Shown here: positions 1 through 8,931 of the stretch, one piece after another
How the letters are laid out: each line of letters opens with the position of its first letter
Numbering within the stretch: the first letter of the stretch is position 1
NCBI GenBank assembly: GCA_964429945.1
Contig: CAYSDX010000114.1
Span: 2,316-66,315, forward strand
Length of the DNA: 64,000 nucleotides
Direction of reading: 5' to 3'
Origin: an uncultured Spirochaetia bacterium
Lineage (GTDB): Bacteria; Desulfobacterota_D; UBA1144; Nemesobacterales; Nemesobacteraceae
Made by a program: the position numbers and the translations under genes
The notes under the pieces: model-generated
Database searches by the model: none
Seen by the model: the letters and a program-made list of their open reading frames with translations, nothing else
Told to the model about the DNA's origin: nothing

Positions 1-139
1 CGAGGCTGCGCGCGTAGCCCTCGGATGATCGGAATATGTGAAATGCAAGGCGGGTCGCGTTTTTCTCGCCGATTCCCGGAAGTTTAGATAGTTCTTCTAT
101 GAGTCTTGAAATCGGCTCGGGAAGGCCGGATCTTTTCAT
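1..139 (-). CDS. recR: Recombination protein RecR, first 46 codons only (gene continues past the left edge)
   Basis: Minus-strand ATG at 139, 1 nt after the ybaB stop. Translation [36 protein letters not shown] is the RecR helix-hairpin-helix N-terminus. Conserved dnaX-ybaB-recR order. Confidence 0.85.
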   Translation of the reverse strand, partial: MKRSGLPEPISRLIEELSKLPGIGEKNATRLAFHIFRSSEGYARSL

Positions 140-140
140 C

Positions 141-464
141 TCAGATAAGTCCCGGCGGAAGTCCCATGCCGGCGGTAAAGCGCGAGACTTCGTCTTTCAT
201 GAGATCCTGTCCCTTGTAAAGGGCCTCGTTTACGGCGGCGGTCACCAGGTCCTGGAGCATCTCGATGTCGGTTTCGCTTATTATTTCGGGTTCTATGACT
301 ATTGACGATATCTCCCCCTTGGCCTTTGCCGTAACCGTAATCATTCCACCCCCGGAAGAAGCTTCCACGGTCTTTTCTCCGGCCTCGTTCTGAAGCCGCT
401 CCATCTGCTCCTTCATTTTTCCCATCTGCTTCATGATGTTTTTCATGTTTCCGCCGAGTTTCAT
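141..464 (-). CDS. ybaB: YbaB/EbfC family nucleoid-associated protein
   Basis: 107-aa ORF of typical YbaB size and sequence ([15 protein letters not shown]..., ...[15 protein letters not shown]...), sandwiched between dnaX and recR. Confidence 0.9.
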   Translation of the reverse strand: MKLGGNMKNIMKQMGKMKEQMERLQNEAGEKTVEASSGGGMITVTAKAKGEISSIVIEPEIISETDIEMLQDLVTAAVNEALYKGQDLMKDEVSRFTAGMGLPPGLI

Positions 465-474
465 TTTTTCACCC

Positions 475-2160
475 CTAGCTTAAATTTTTTCTTTTTATCA
501 CGCTTGCGTCAAACTGCCTGATGGCGTAGTTCACTATCTCATCTTCCGCGGGATCAGACTTTTTCGCAGTGTCGCCGGTCCCGTTAATTCCCTCTTCGTT
601 CACGGTGTCGATTTCGAGCCTTATTTTCTCAACGCCGAGGATTTCTTTCAGTATGTCTCTGAGTTTTTTCGATTTTTTAAGTTCTTTTTCGTAGTTGATG
701 CCGTTTTTAGAAAATTTTACGCTCACGCGGTTCCCGCTTACTTCAAGGAGGAGGGCCTGGGCGAGTCGGTTTGCGAGAAACCTGTCCTTGCTGCGTACGG
801 AGTCCAGGATCTCCTGCTTTCCGGGACTGTTCTCCGCCGGTTTTGCCTCGGCCGGAGATTGTGAAGTTTTCTTCTCCGGTTTTCCGCCTTCGTCTTGTTG
901 TTTGAGCTGTTCGCTTTTTTTCTCTGCGGGTTTTTCTTTCCGTTTTTCCGGGACGCGCTCCGCGGCCTTTATCTCTTTTCCCGGGGAGCCCGGTGTTCTC
1001 TCCGCGCCGGACTTCTGCGGAGAGAGTCTCTCAAGCCTCTTCAGGATATCGTCTATTTTTTCGACTTTTCCGACCGTGCTCATCTTGACCAGCGTGAGCT
1101 CAAGAACGATCTCTGGGTAAAAGGAACTGCGTATTCTCTCTCCCCCGTCAATCATTACGTTAAAAAGAAGCTCAACGGTTTCGGTGGACTCATCTTTCAC
1201 CAAGGAAGCGAGCTCGTCTTTTTCATCCGGGGAGAGATCGGAAACAAAGTCTTTGCCGCAGATCTTCAGGTAGAGAAGATTTCTGAACATGTAGATTATG
1301 TCCTGGGCCATTCTCCTAGGACTTATTCCCTTCGCGGCGGCGTTTCGCACAAGCTCCACGCATTCTGCGGGCTCTTTTGCGAAAACGGCCCTCAGGATGC
1401 TTTTTAGCGACTCGTTATCCGGTATGCCGAGCAGGCTTATCACGTCCTTGTGGGTTATCTTGTCTTCAAAAGACACCGTGAGCTGGTCAAGCAGGCTAAG
1501 CGAATCCCTCATGCTTCCCTCGGATTCCCTTGCGATCAGGTAAAGGGTCTCTACGTCGATTTTTATCCGCTCCGCTTTTGTTATCTTCTCGAGCGACTTT
1601 TTTATTTTCTCGATGGGTATTTTCTTGAAATCGTATCTCTGGCAGCGGGACATTATGGTCAGGGGAACCTTGTGCGCTTCGGTGGTCGCAAGTATGAAAA
1701 CCGCGTGCTCGGGGGGCTCTTCCATTATCTTGAGAAGGGCGTTAAAGGCCGACTGGGAGAGCATGTGCACTTCGTCGATTATGTAGACTTTCTTTCTTGC
1801 GGAAGCCGGTGAGTATTTTACGCTCTCTATGATCTCGCGGACGTCTGCTACGCCGGTGTGCGAGGCGGCGTCGATTTCCTGCACGTCAAGCGACTTTCCT
1901 TCCGATATCCCCTCGCAGCTTGAGCACTGGTCGGCTGAGCAGGGGTATTTCCCCCCGTCCTTTTTCTCGCAGTTTATGGCCTTGGCGACGATTCTTGCCG
2001 TGGAAGTCTTTCCAGTTCCCCTGGGGCCGGCGAAAAGCAGCGCGTGGGCTATTTTCCCGGACTCGATAGAATTTCTGAGCGTTACGGCTGGGAATTCCTG
2101 ACCAACTAGGTCTTCGAAAGTCTGGGGTCGCCACTTGCGGGCAAGTACTCTGTATGCCAT
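475..2160 (-). CDS. dnaX: DNA polymerase III subunit gamma/tau
   Basis: Start set at ATG 2160 (MAYRVLARKWRPQTFEDLVGQE, canonical DnaX N-terminus). Walker A GPRGTGKTS, Cys cluster CSADQCSSCEGI, IIDEVHML box. The ORF-track start at 2286 would read through the SRP RNA. Confidence 0.95.
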   Translation of the reverse strand: MAYRVLARKWRPQTFEDLVGQEFPAVTLRNSIESGKIAHALLFAGPRGTGKTSTARIVAKAINCEKKDGGKYPCSADQCSSCEGISEGKSLDVQEIDAASHTGVADVREIIESVKYSPASARKKVYIIDEVHMLSQSAFNALLKIMEEPPEHAVFILATTEAHKVPLTIMSRCQRYDFKKIPIEKIKKSLEKITKAERIKIDVETLYLIARESEGSMRDSLSLLDQLTVSFEDKITHKDVISLLGIPDNESLKSILRAVFAKEPAECVELVRNAAAKGISPRRMAQDIIYMFRNLLYLKICGKDFVSDLSPDEKDELASLVKDESTETVELLFNVMIDGGERIRSSFYPEIVLELTLVKMSTVGKVEKIDDILKRLERLSPQKSGAERTPGSPGKEIKAAERVPEKRKEKPAEKKSEQLKQQDEGGKPEKKTSQSPAEAKPAENSPGKQEILDSVRSKDRFLANRLAQALLLEVSGNRVSVKFSKNGINYEKELKKSKKLRDILKEILGVEKIRLEIDTVNEEGINGTGDTAKKSDPAEDEIVNYAIRQFDASVIKRKNLS

Positions 2161-2170
2161 GTTATCAAAA

Positions 2171-2273
<103 letters not shown>

Positions 2274-2707
2274 ATTTATTCTCCAAACAGGTGAACCATT
2301 GCGGTCCGGTCTAATCAATCTACACAAAAACCGATTTTTTAGAAATGCAGGGTGACGAAATTCGTTTTATATCAGGGGAAAACGACATGATATGGAGGTT
2401 GGGAGATTTGCGCCACGGCGCTTTTTTCACGATCGGGTTGTTTTATCATAAAACAAAATCAATGCAATGAAATCATCCCCCTCGGGGTTATCTTTGGGAT
2501 CAAGAAGGATTTAGGGACAGAATGCTACCTATCGGGATGAAACTGTCTAGGGCTAAGGCTTTCTTCTTTTTCTTTTGAGAATGTTTTCACTTGAGTTGAA
2601 CGAACGATACATATTACCTTAATAGTTGGCTTATGATCTGTTATATTCATATGGTGCAGAGTGTATAAAATGAGTTTAAAGGTTTTATTGGTCGGAGGTA
2701 TAACCGC

Positions 2708-3061
2708 ATGCATGTAAAAAAGATCGATAGTATAGAAAGCGAGGTCTTGGAGTCGGCCAACGGTGTTTCAAGACAGATGCTCATAGGTCCCGAGGAGGGT
2801 CCTAATTTCTCTATGAGAAAACTTGTCATTGAGCCCGGAGGTGGCATTCCAGCTCATACAAGTGGTGCCGAGCATGAGCAGTACGTTCTTGGCGGCACGG
2901 CCAAGGTTGGAATCGGGGATCAGGTCTATGAGGTAGCAAAGGGTGACGTGGTGTTTATCCCCGCCGGAGAGTCGCACTGGTGCGAGGCTTACGGAGAGGA
3001 GCCTTTTGAGCTTCTGTCGGTTCTGCCGAATAAAGACAACGAGATGATTTTCGTAAAATAG
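2708..3061 (+). CDS. Cupin domain protein (copy 1)
   Basis: 117 aa with a cupin-like core (PGGGIPAHTSGAEHEQYVLGG ... VVFIPAGESHW). A near-identical-length paralogue lies 75 bp downstream. Confidence 0.75.
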   Translation: MHVKKIDSIESEVLESANGVSRQMLIGPEEGPNFSMRKLVIEPGGGIPAHTSGAEHEQYVLGGTAKVGIGDQVYEVAKGDVVFIPAGESHWCEAYGEEPFELLSVLPNKDNEMIFVK

Positions 3062-3135
3062 CCGCGGCGGAAACCAGCATTATCGCTAAGTATTTGTAAA
3101 ATAATCCGTCTTTTCTGTGCTATAATGAAAGCATT

Positions 3136-3489
3136 ATGTACGTAAAGAAAGTTAGAGAAGTAGAGAGTACGATTATCGGAGCAGGGCAGGGTACTTCAAG
3201 GCAGGTTCTCATCAGTCCGGAAGAAGGTCCGAACTTCGCGATGAGAAAATTCGTTATGCAGCCTGGAGGCGATATCCCGGCTCATACAAACGCCGTTGAG
3301 CACGAGCAGTACGTGCTCGGTGGCAGGGCGCGAATCGGAATCGGAGACGAAGTGTATAGCGTCGAGAAGGATGACGTCGTCTTTATTCCTGCCGGGGTGC
3401 CTCACTGGTATGAAGTTGAGGGCGATGAGCCTTTTGAGTTTCTGTGCCTTGTGCCGAATCTTGAGGACAAGATAGAACTTATAAAGTAA
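3136..3489 (+). CDS. Cupin domain protein (copy 2)
   Basis: 117 aa, colinear with copy 1 (PGGDIPAHTNAVEHEQYVLGG ... VVFIPAGVPHW). A TATAAT-like box sits just upstream (ctataat near 3120). Confidence 0.75.
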   Translation: MYVKKVREVESTIIGAGQGTSRQVLISPEEGPNFAMRKFVMQPGGDIPAHTNAVEHEQYVLGGRARIGIGDEVYSVEKDDVVFIPAGVPHWYEVEGDEPFEFLCLVPNLEDKIELIK

Positions 3490-3512
3490 TTGTGCTTGGG
3501 ACCAGCTAAATC

Positions 3513-3604
3513 TGGCGGAGAGAGTGGGATTCGAACCCACGAGGGAGCGTAAACCCCCTACACGCTTTCCAGGCGTGCACCTTCGGCCACTCGGTCATCT
3601 CTCC
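3513..3604 (-). tRNA. tRNA-Ser (anticodon GGA), CCA encoded
   Basis: Minus strand GGAGAGAUGACCGAGUGG...CACGC-CUGGAAA-GCGUG with a long variable arm (AGGGGGUUUACGCUCCCU). T arm GUGGG-UUCGAAU-CCCAC and acceptor UCUCUCC-G-CCA. Confidence 0.95.
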
Positions 3605-3725
3605 ACATATTTGTCTAGTTGCACTCCGCGGATTATTCTTTCAGGAGTTTTATAAACGATTCCTTGGGGTTTATGAAAAACCTCCTCTAGTTTAACAAGA
3701 GAATCGGGTTTGTTAAACTACATGG

Positions 3726-4262
3726 ATGCCGAAGAAATGGAAGCTTCAAAAAAGCATTCCGCTTAACGATTACGAAATTTTTTCAACGAAAAAGAAAAGC
3801 AGCGTTTCTCCCAAAGACGGCGCCGTCCATGACTTCTACGTAGTGGACGCTCCCGACTGGGTTAACATTATTGCCGTTACGCCCGCCGGTGAAATAGTTC
3901 TGATAAAGCAGTTTCGCCACGGCACCGGGGAGGTCACCCTTGAGATTCCGGGCGGAATGGTCGACCCTGGGGAAAGCCCTGTTCAGTGTGCGCGCAGGGA
4001 ACTGCTCGAGGAAACTGGATTTACCTCCTCTAGGTGGAAGCAGATAGGGTGCGTCCGGCCGAATCCGGCGTTCATGTCAAATTCCTGCTATACCTTCCTT
4101 GCATCCGGGTGCGAGCGGACGTCAGAACCCTCCTTTGACACTACCGAGGATATAGAAACCCTGCTTGTCTCTCCCCAGGAAGTGAAACGATACATAAGGG
4201 AAGGGACCATAGATCACTGCATAGTGGTAGCGGCGTTCGGCTTTTACTTTCTCGGGGAGTGA
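3726..4262 (+). CDS. NUDIX hydrolase (ADP-ribose pyrophosphatase-like)
   Basis: Nudix box GGMVDPGESPVQCARRELLEETGF; 178 aa. Confidence 0.85.
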   Translation: MPKKWKLQKSIPLNDYEIFSTKKKSSVSPKDGAVHDFYVVDAPDWVNIIAVTPAGEIVLIKQFRHGTGEVTLEIPGGMVDPGESPVQCARRELLEETGFTSSRWKQIGCVRPNPAFMSNSCYTFLASGCERTSEPSFDTTEDIETLLVSPQEVKRYIREGTIDHCIVVAAFGFYFLGE

Positions 4263-4312
4263 CTCTGTTGATTTATCCCGGTTTAGCGAGAATAATAGTC
4301 CCCTATCTTAAA

Positions 4313-4396
4313 GGGCGGGTGGCGGAATAGGTAGACGCGACGGCCTCAAAAGCCGTTGGGCTTTGGCCCGTGAGGGTTCGATTCCCTCTCCGCCCA
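4313..4396 (+). tRNA. tRNA-Leu (anticodon CAA), no encoded CCA
   Basis: GGGCGGG acceptor and anticodon arm ACGGC-CUCAAAA-GCCGU. Long variable arm and T arm GAGGG-UUCGAUU-CCCUC, ending in 3' UCCGCCC-A. Confidence 0.93.
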
Positions 4397-4442
4397 GAAA
4401 AAAGTATCGACTTTTTCCCGCTTCCGGTAAAACCCGGGATTC

Positions 4443-5591
4443 TCAGTACCTGGCCATTTCCGAGTCGTACTTCTCGGCCCATTCGTCTATGCCGCCTTTT
4501 AGGTTCTTAACCTTGCTGAAGCCCTGCTCGGTAAGGAAAGTCGCCGCCTTCATGCTTCTTCCCCCGTGGTGGCAGTGAACGACTATTTCGTCTTGTGGAT
4601 CAAGCTCGTCCGTTCTGTCCTTGAGCTCGCCGAGGGGAATCAGCGTTGAACCCTCGATGTTGCATATTTCGTACTCGTGGGGCTCTCTTACGTCGATCAG
4701 AACGACATCGGCCTTGTTCTCCTTGATATGGCTGAACTCCTCGACGGTTATCTCTTCGACCTTGGGCTTTTCCTCTTCGGCTTCCTCGCTTCTCCCGATG
4801 CCGCAGAACTCCTGATAGTCTATGAGCTCGGTTACGGTGGCGTTCTCGCTGCAGACGGGGCAGTTGGGATCTTTTCTGAGCTTGAGTATCCTCGGCTCCA
4901 TATTGAGAACATCGATGAAAAGAAGCCTCCCTATAAGCGGCTCTCCCTCGCCGATTATAAGCTTCACGACCTCGGATGCCTGCATGGTTCCCACCACTCC
5001 CGGAAGTATTCCCAGCACTCCTCCTTCGGCGCAGCTCGGCACCAGTCCCGGGGGAGGGGGCTCCGGATAGAGACACCTGTAGCATGGGCCTCTTTTCGCG
5101 TCGAACACGCTTACCTGGCCCTCGAACCTGAATATGCTTCCGTAGACGTTCGGAATTCCGAGGAAGACGCAGGCGTCGTTCGTGAGGTACCTCGTGGCGA
5201 AATTGTCCGTTCCGTCAACGACCACGTCGTAGTCTTTCATGATATCCATGGCGTTATCGGAGTTCAGCATTTCGTTGTAGGTAACGATATCGGTATCGGA
5301 GTTAAGCTCCAGGAGACGGTCCCTCGCGGATTCCACCTTGGGCGTACCCACGGTCTTCTCGCTGTGGATCACCTGTCTTTGCAGGTTGCTGAAGTCCACG
5401 ACGTCGAAATCCAGTATTCCCAAGGTGCCGACCCCCGCGGCCGCGAGGTAGAGAGCAAGCGGAGACCCGAGCCCTCCGGCGCCGATACACAGGACCCTTG
5501 CGTTTTTGAGTTTTTTCTGTCCCTCAATGCCGACTTCGGGCATTATAAGGTGCCTGCTGTACCTTGTTATCTCCTGATTGCTCAAGTCCAT
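4443..5591 (-). CDS. moeB: MoeB/ThiF-family adenylyltransferase with C-terminal rhodanese domain (MoeZ-like)
   Basis: Rossmann motif IGAGGLGSP, CxxC pairs (CYRC, CPVC), C-terminal rhodanese with active-site CHHGGRS. Confidence 0.88.
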   Translation of the reverse strand: MDLSNQEITRYSRHLIMPEVGIEGQKKLKNARVLCIGAGGLGSPLALYLAAAGVGTLGILDFDVVDFSNLQRQVIHSEKTVGTPKVESARDRLLELNSDTDIVTYNEMLNSDNAMDIMKDYDVVVDGTDNFATRYLTNDACVFLGIPNVYGSIFRFEGQVSVFDAKRGPCYRCLYPEPPPPGLVPSCAEGGVLGILPGVVGTMQASEVVKLIIGEGEPLIGRLLFIDVLNMEPRILKLRKDPNCPVCSENATVTELIDYQEFCGIGRSEEAEEEKPKVEEITVEEFSHIKENKADVVLIDVREPHEYEICNIEGSTLIPLGELKDRTDELDPQDEIVVHCHHGGRSMKAATFLTEQGFSKVKNLKGGIDEWAEKYDSEMARY

Positions 5592-5747
5592 CTTGAATAC
5601 CTTCCTTGTGAATCTGGGATTATAAAATGTTCAAACAGTAAAGTTAGTACATGATTTGAGTATTTTCAAACCGCAAACGCAACTGTCCCGTCAGTTTGAG
5701 AAACGGGAAATTTTCCCAGGGAGCGGAATAACCGGATTCCGAGTTCC

Positions 5748-5951
5748 CTAGGAAGTCTTTACTACGTTGGTTGCGGTGGGTCCTTTTTTACCTTGAACGA
5801 TCTCAAAGCTTACTTCGTCACCCTCATTGAGAGTCTTGTAACCCTCGCCCTCAATAGCGGTGTAATGAACAAAAACGTCATCCTGCACTTCGTCGGATGT
5901 TATAAATCCATAGCCCTTGGAGCTATTAAACCATTTTACAGTTCCCTGCAT
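5748..5951 (-). CDS. cspA: Cold-shock protein (CspA family), copy 1
   Basis: 67 aa; RNP-1 KGYGFI and RNP-2 VFVHY motifs. Confidence 0.95.
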   Translation of the reverse strand: MQGTVKWFNSSKGYGFITSDEVQDDVFVHYTAIEGEGYKTLNEGDEVSFEIVQGKKGPTATNVVKTS

Positions 5952-6149
5952 TATATAATACCTACCTCTAAAAATTTAATATTCGCGGGAGTATTCCACA
6001 CCTACATTGCTTTGTCAAACGGCACTCTCCCCGTCACCAGCATTTTTTCCGTTTCCAGAGAAAATGCTGGGTGTGGGGAAAAAGAATAGTGGTTCTAAAA
6101 CCTTTTCGCAGTATGCTTGCCTGCACTCAAATCCGCGTGAAGCGGATTG

Positions 6150-6350
6150 TTAAACAGGTATAACGTTGGTTGCGGTGGGTCCTTTCTTGCCTTGAGTGAT
6201 CTCAAAGCTTACTTCGTCACCCTCATTGAGAGTTTTGTAACCGTCGCCCTCAATGGCGGTGTAATGAACAAAAACATCATCCTGCACTTCGTCGGATGTT
6301 ATAAATCCATAGCCTTTGGAGCTATTAAACCATTTTACAGTTCCCTGCAT
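6150..6350 (-). CDS. Cold-shock protein (CspA family), copy 2
   Basis: 66 aa from the internal ATG at 6350 ([17 protein letters not shown]...). The 123-aa ORF-track version reads through the conserved leader. Confidence 0.92.
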   Translation of the reverse strand: MQGTVKWFNSSKGYGFITSDEVQDDVFVHYTAIEGDGYKTLNEGDEVSFEITQGKKGPTATNVIPV

Positions 6351-6549
6351 TGCAATACCTACCTCTAAAAATTTAATATCTGCGGGAGTATTCCACAGCG
6401 AAACTGCTTTGTCAAACGGTATTTTCCTGCGTCTCCAGGAAAAATTCTGGGTGAAGAGGAAAACAATAGTGGTTCTCAAAACTTTTCGCAGTATAATTAC
6501 GTGCATCCCAAATCCGCGCAAAGCGGATTTTTAAGCAGGTATAAAATCA

Positions 6550-7104
6550 ATGGAAGACAGAAAAAGAAAAAGAATCTACATTTTCTGCGTAGTGCTGTTT
6601 CTGCTTGGAGGGGGTCTTTTTTTCTATAACGTCGTGAAAAGTTTCAGCGGGCTCGGCTCAACGCTTAGCGAATACACTTTTCCCGGAAGCCACTCCATCC
6701 GGCTTGAAGAAAAGGGGCTTTATTCAATCTACTACCAGTACGAGGGTGTTTCCGATGGGGAAAAGACAAGCAGTGAATCCGTTGAGGAGGACTCCATAGT
6801 CGTTTACCTGAAAAAAGTTCCGGGCACTGAAAACGTGGAGCTCAAGGTGCCTGATTCAAAGAAAAGGTACAGCTACATGGGAAAGAAGGGAGTTAAGATC
6901 CTTGAGTTCGAAAACCCCGAGCCGGCGGGTTACCTGATCGAGTCATCCTCAGGCGCTCCTTCCCGGGACGCCTCCTACACGCTGGTCCTTGAGCATGGAT
7001 TCGAGATGACGAGGCTTAAGGGAATACTCCTCTCCCAGGCGTTTTTGCTTGCCCCGACCCTTTTCGCGATAATACTTTTCATGCGCACCTACATAAGGAG
7101 CTGA
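6550..7104 (+). CDS. Hypothetical membrane protein (N- and C-terminal transmembrane helices)
   Basis: 184-aa ORF with hydrophobic helices IYIFCVVLFLLGGGLFFY and AFLLAPTLFAIILFM. No family recognised. Confidence 0.5.
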   Translation: MEDRKRKRIYIFCVVLFLLGGGLFFYNVVKSFSGLGSTLSEYTFPGSHSIRLEEKGLYSIYYQYEGVSDGEKTSSESVEEDSIVVYLKKVPGTENVELKVPDSKKRYSYMGKKGVKILEFENPEPAGYLIESSSGAPSRDASYTLVLEHGFEMTRLKGILLSQAFLLAPTLFAIILFMRTYIRS

Positions 7105-7113
7105 CCACGGCGG

Positions 7114-7974
7114 ATGTTCAGAGACGTAAAATCACGGGTTCTTGCTTTCGATATAGAGTGGGTTCCAGATCCCGAGTCGGGAAAGGCGGCGTACGAGCTT
7201 CCCGAAGACATGCCCGACCGCGAGGTGATCGAGTTTATGTGGGGGCAGGGCGGGGCGACCGAGGAAGAGCCCATGCCGTTTCTTAAGACGGTTCTCTCCA
7301 AGATAGTCTCGATCTCGATGGTCTTTCGGGAATCTCGGGGAGACGGGGCCACGGCAAGACTCAAGCTTCACTCCATTCCGTCGATTCCGACTTCCGGAGA
7401 AGACTGCTCCGAGAGAAGAATCATAGAAGACTTTTTCAAGATTCTCGACAAGCACCACCCGCAGCTTGTGGGGTACAACACCTCGGGGGCCGACATACCG
7501 ATTCTGGCGCAGAGAATGATCAAGCACGGACTCGGGGGCGGTTTTTTCACGCAAAGGCCCAACAGGCCGTGGGAAGGCGCCGATTTCTTTGCCAGGGGAA
7601 GCGACTGGAACGTCGATTTGATGCGCTGCGTAAGCACATGGGGGAAGGGCACCCCGTCTCTTCACGAGATATCGGTTGTTAGCGGAATCCCGGGGAAAAT
7701 GGGGGGCGTTGACGGAAAGCAGGTCGCTCCGATGTGGCTTGAGGGCCGACTTGACGAAATAGTCGCCTATAACGAGTGCGACGCACTTACGACCTATCTG
7801 CTTTGGCTCAGGATGGCCCATTCGATCGGACATCACCACTCCGAGCAGTACGCAGAGGAGCAGCGGTTGCTTCGCGACATGATAAAAAAAGAGTCAGAAA
7901 GTCCCCACAGGAGCCATCTTCGGGACTACCTCTCAAAGTGGGAGAGTCTGAGCGGGGGTGCGGCCGGTGAGTAA
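7114..7974 (+). CDS. Stand-alone DnaQ-like 3'-5' exonuclease related to the PolB exonuclease domain
   Basis: Exo I FDIEW, Exo II YNTSGADIPIL and Exo III YNECDALTTY motifs in the correct order. Confidence 0.7.
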   Translation: MFRDVKSRVLAFDIEWVPDPESGKAAYELPEDMPDREVIEFMWGQGGATEEEPMPFLKTVLSKIVSISMVFRESRGDGATARLKLHSIPSIPTSGEDCSERRIIEDFFKILDKHHPQLVGYNTSGADIPILAQRMIKHGLGGGFFTQRPNRPWEGADFFARGSDWNVDLMRCVSTWGKGTPSLHEISVVSGIPGKMGGVDGKQVAPMWLEGRLDEIVAYNECDALTTYLLWLRMAHSIGHHHSEQYAEEQRLLRDMIKKESESPHRSHLRDYLSKWESLSGGAAGE

Positions 7975-8929
7975 GCGACAGGACAGCTGCGGAGTCGCCG
8001 TTCTCTCTTTCTACAAGTTCGTGGATCTTGGCGGCCTTGCGGAGATAGGGGACTCTCTGCTTTTGGTTTGCGGGAAAAACGGGATAAACGGCACCTTCAT
8101 CCTGGCATCGGAGGGAATAAACGCCACGGTTGCCGGTCCGCCCGAAGCCGTAGACCGGCTGATCGCCTATCTTGAGAGCGACTCCAGGTTCTCGGGGACG
8201 CGGTACAAGCTCAGCTATAACGGGCGAAGCCCCTTTCACCGCCTCAAGGTTAAATTCAAAAAGGAACTGGTCCCGATGGGTGTCGGCGGAATAAAGCCGC
8301 AGCGCCTCTCGGGGCAGCGCGTTTCGCCCGAGCAGTGGAACGAGCTTATAAGCCGCCCCGAAGTGCTTGTTATAGACACGAGAAACGATTACGAGAACCG
8401 CGTCGGAACCTTCAGGGGGGCCGTAAGCCCGGAGACTGACCATTTCAGGGAGTTTCCCGAGTACGCAGAGAAGAACCTCGACCCCCGCGAGCACGCGGAG
8501 ATAGCGATGTTCTGCACGGGCGGGATAAGGTGCGAGAAAGCGACCTCGTACCTCCTTGAGAGGGGATTTAAGCGGGTGTATCAGCTTGAAGGGGGAGTGC
8601 TTTCATACCTCGAGCAGGTTTCCGGGGAGCAGAGTCTCTGGGAAGGGGAGTGTTTTGTGTTCGACGACCGCACCTCGGTCGGCCACGGTCTTGTGAAGGG
8701 CACCTGGAGCACGTGCAGGAACTGCAGGGAGCCCGTGTCTGCGGAGGAGAGACGGTCCGATGGGTTCCGGGAGGGGGTATCCTGTCCCCGCTGCCACATG
8801 GAGCTTACTCCCGAGAGAATTTCGTCACTCGAAGAAAGGCAGAAGCAGATGAGACTTGCCCGGGAGAGAAACCAGAAGCACCTCGGGGCCGTTATAAAGA
8901 GGGGAAATGCGAGACTGGCGCAGGGATGA
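7958..8929 (+). CDS. trhO: Rhodanese-domain tRNA uridine(34) hydroxylase (YceA/TrhO, UPF0176)
   Basis: SFYKF... N-terminus, central rhodanese CTGGIRCEK, C-terminal Cys cluster CRNC...CPRC. GTG start is uncertain (7958 or 7967). Confidence 0.8.
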   Translation: MRPVSKRQDSCGVAVLSFYKFVDLGGLAEIGDSLLLVCGKNGINGTFILASEGINATVAGPPEAVDRLIAYLESDSRFSGTRYKLSYNGRSPFHRLKVKFKKELVPMGVGGIKPQRLSGQRVSPEQWNELISRPEVLVIDTRNDYENRVGTFRGAVSPETDHFREFPEYAEKNLDPREHAEIAMFCTGGIRCEKATSYLLERGFKRVYQLEGGVLSYLEQVSGEQSLWEGECFVFDDRTSVGHGLVKGTWSTCRNCREPVSAEERRSDGFREGVSCPRCHMELTPERISSLEERQKQMRLARERNQKHLGAVIKRGNARLAQG

Positions 8930-8931
8930 TC

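Larger units (their letters stand above)
5748..6548. repeat. Tandem duplication (about 400-bp unit) of csp gene plus long leader plus hairpin, with a short stub of a third unit
   Basis: Blocks such as aatacctacctctaaaaatttaatat, tgctttgtcaaacgg, aatagtggttct.aaa and aaatccgcg..aagcggatt recur at an offset of about 400 bp. The 3'-end motif ttaa(a/g)caggtata recurs at 6150 and 6533. Confidence 0.85.

Noticed and set aside
916-922. A7 run (T7 on the plus strand; GAG AAA AAA AGC) in dnaX at roughly the position where E. coli makes gamma by -1 frameshifting.
   Set aside because: The run is not in the X XXY YYZ register. Neither alternative frame reaches a stop within about 40 codons, so a gamma-type truncated product is not supported.
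4363-4578. 71-aa plus-strand ORF.
   Set aside because: It starts inside tRNA-Leu and runs antisense to the moeB 3' end, with no motif or RBS.
4677-5654. 325-aa ORF antisense to moeB.
   Set aside because: It is a shadow ORF opposite a well-supported gene, with low-complexity, Arg/Gly/Val-rich translation. The same reasoning applies to 7132-7839, 7808-8494, 44607-45233 and 54444-55133.
6351-6521. 57-codon N-terminal extension of the second csp gene (123-aa ORF).
   Set aside because: The extension covers the leader that is duplicated upstream of copy 1, where it is not open. The Csp domain starts at ATG 6350.
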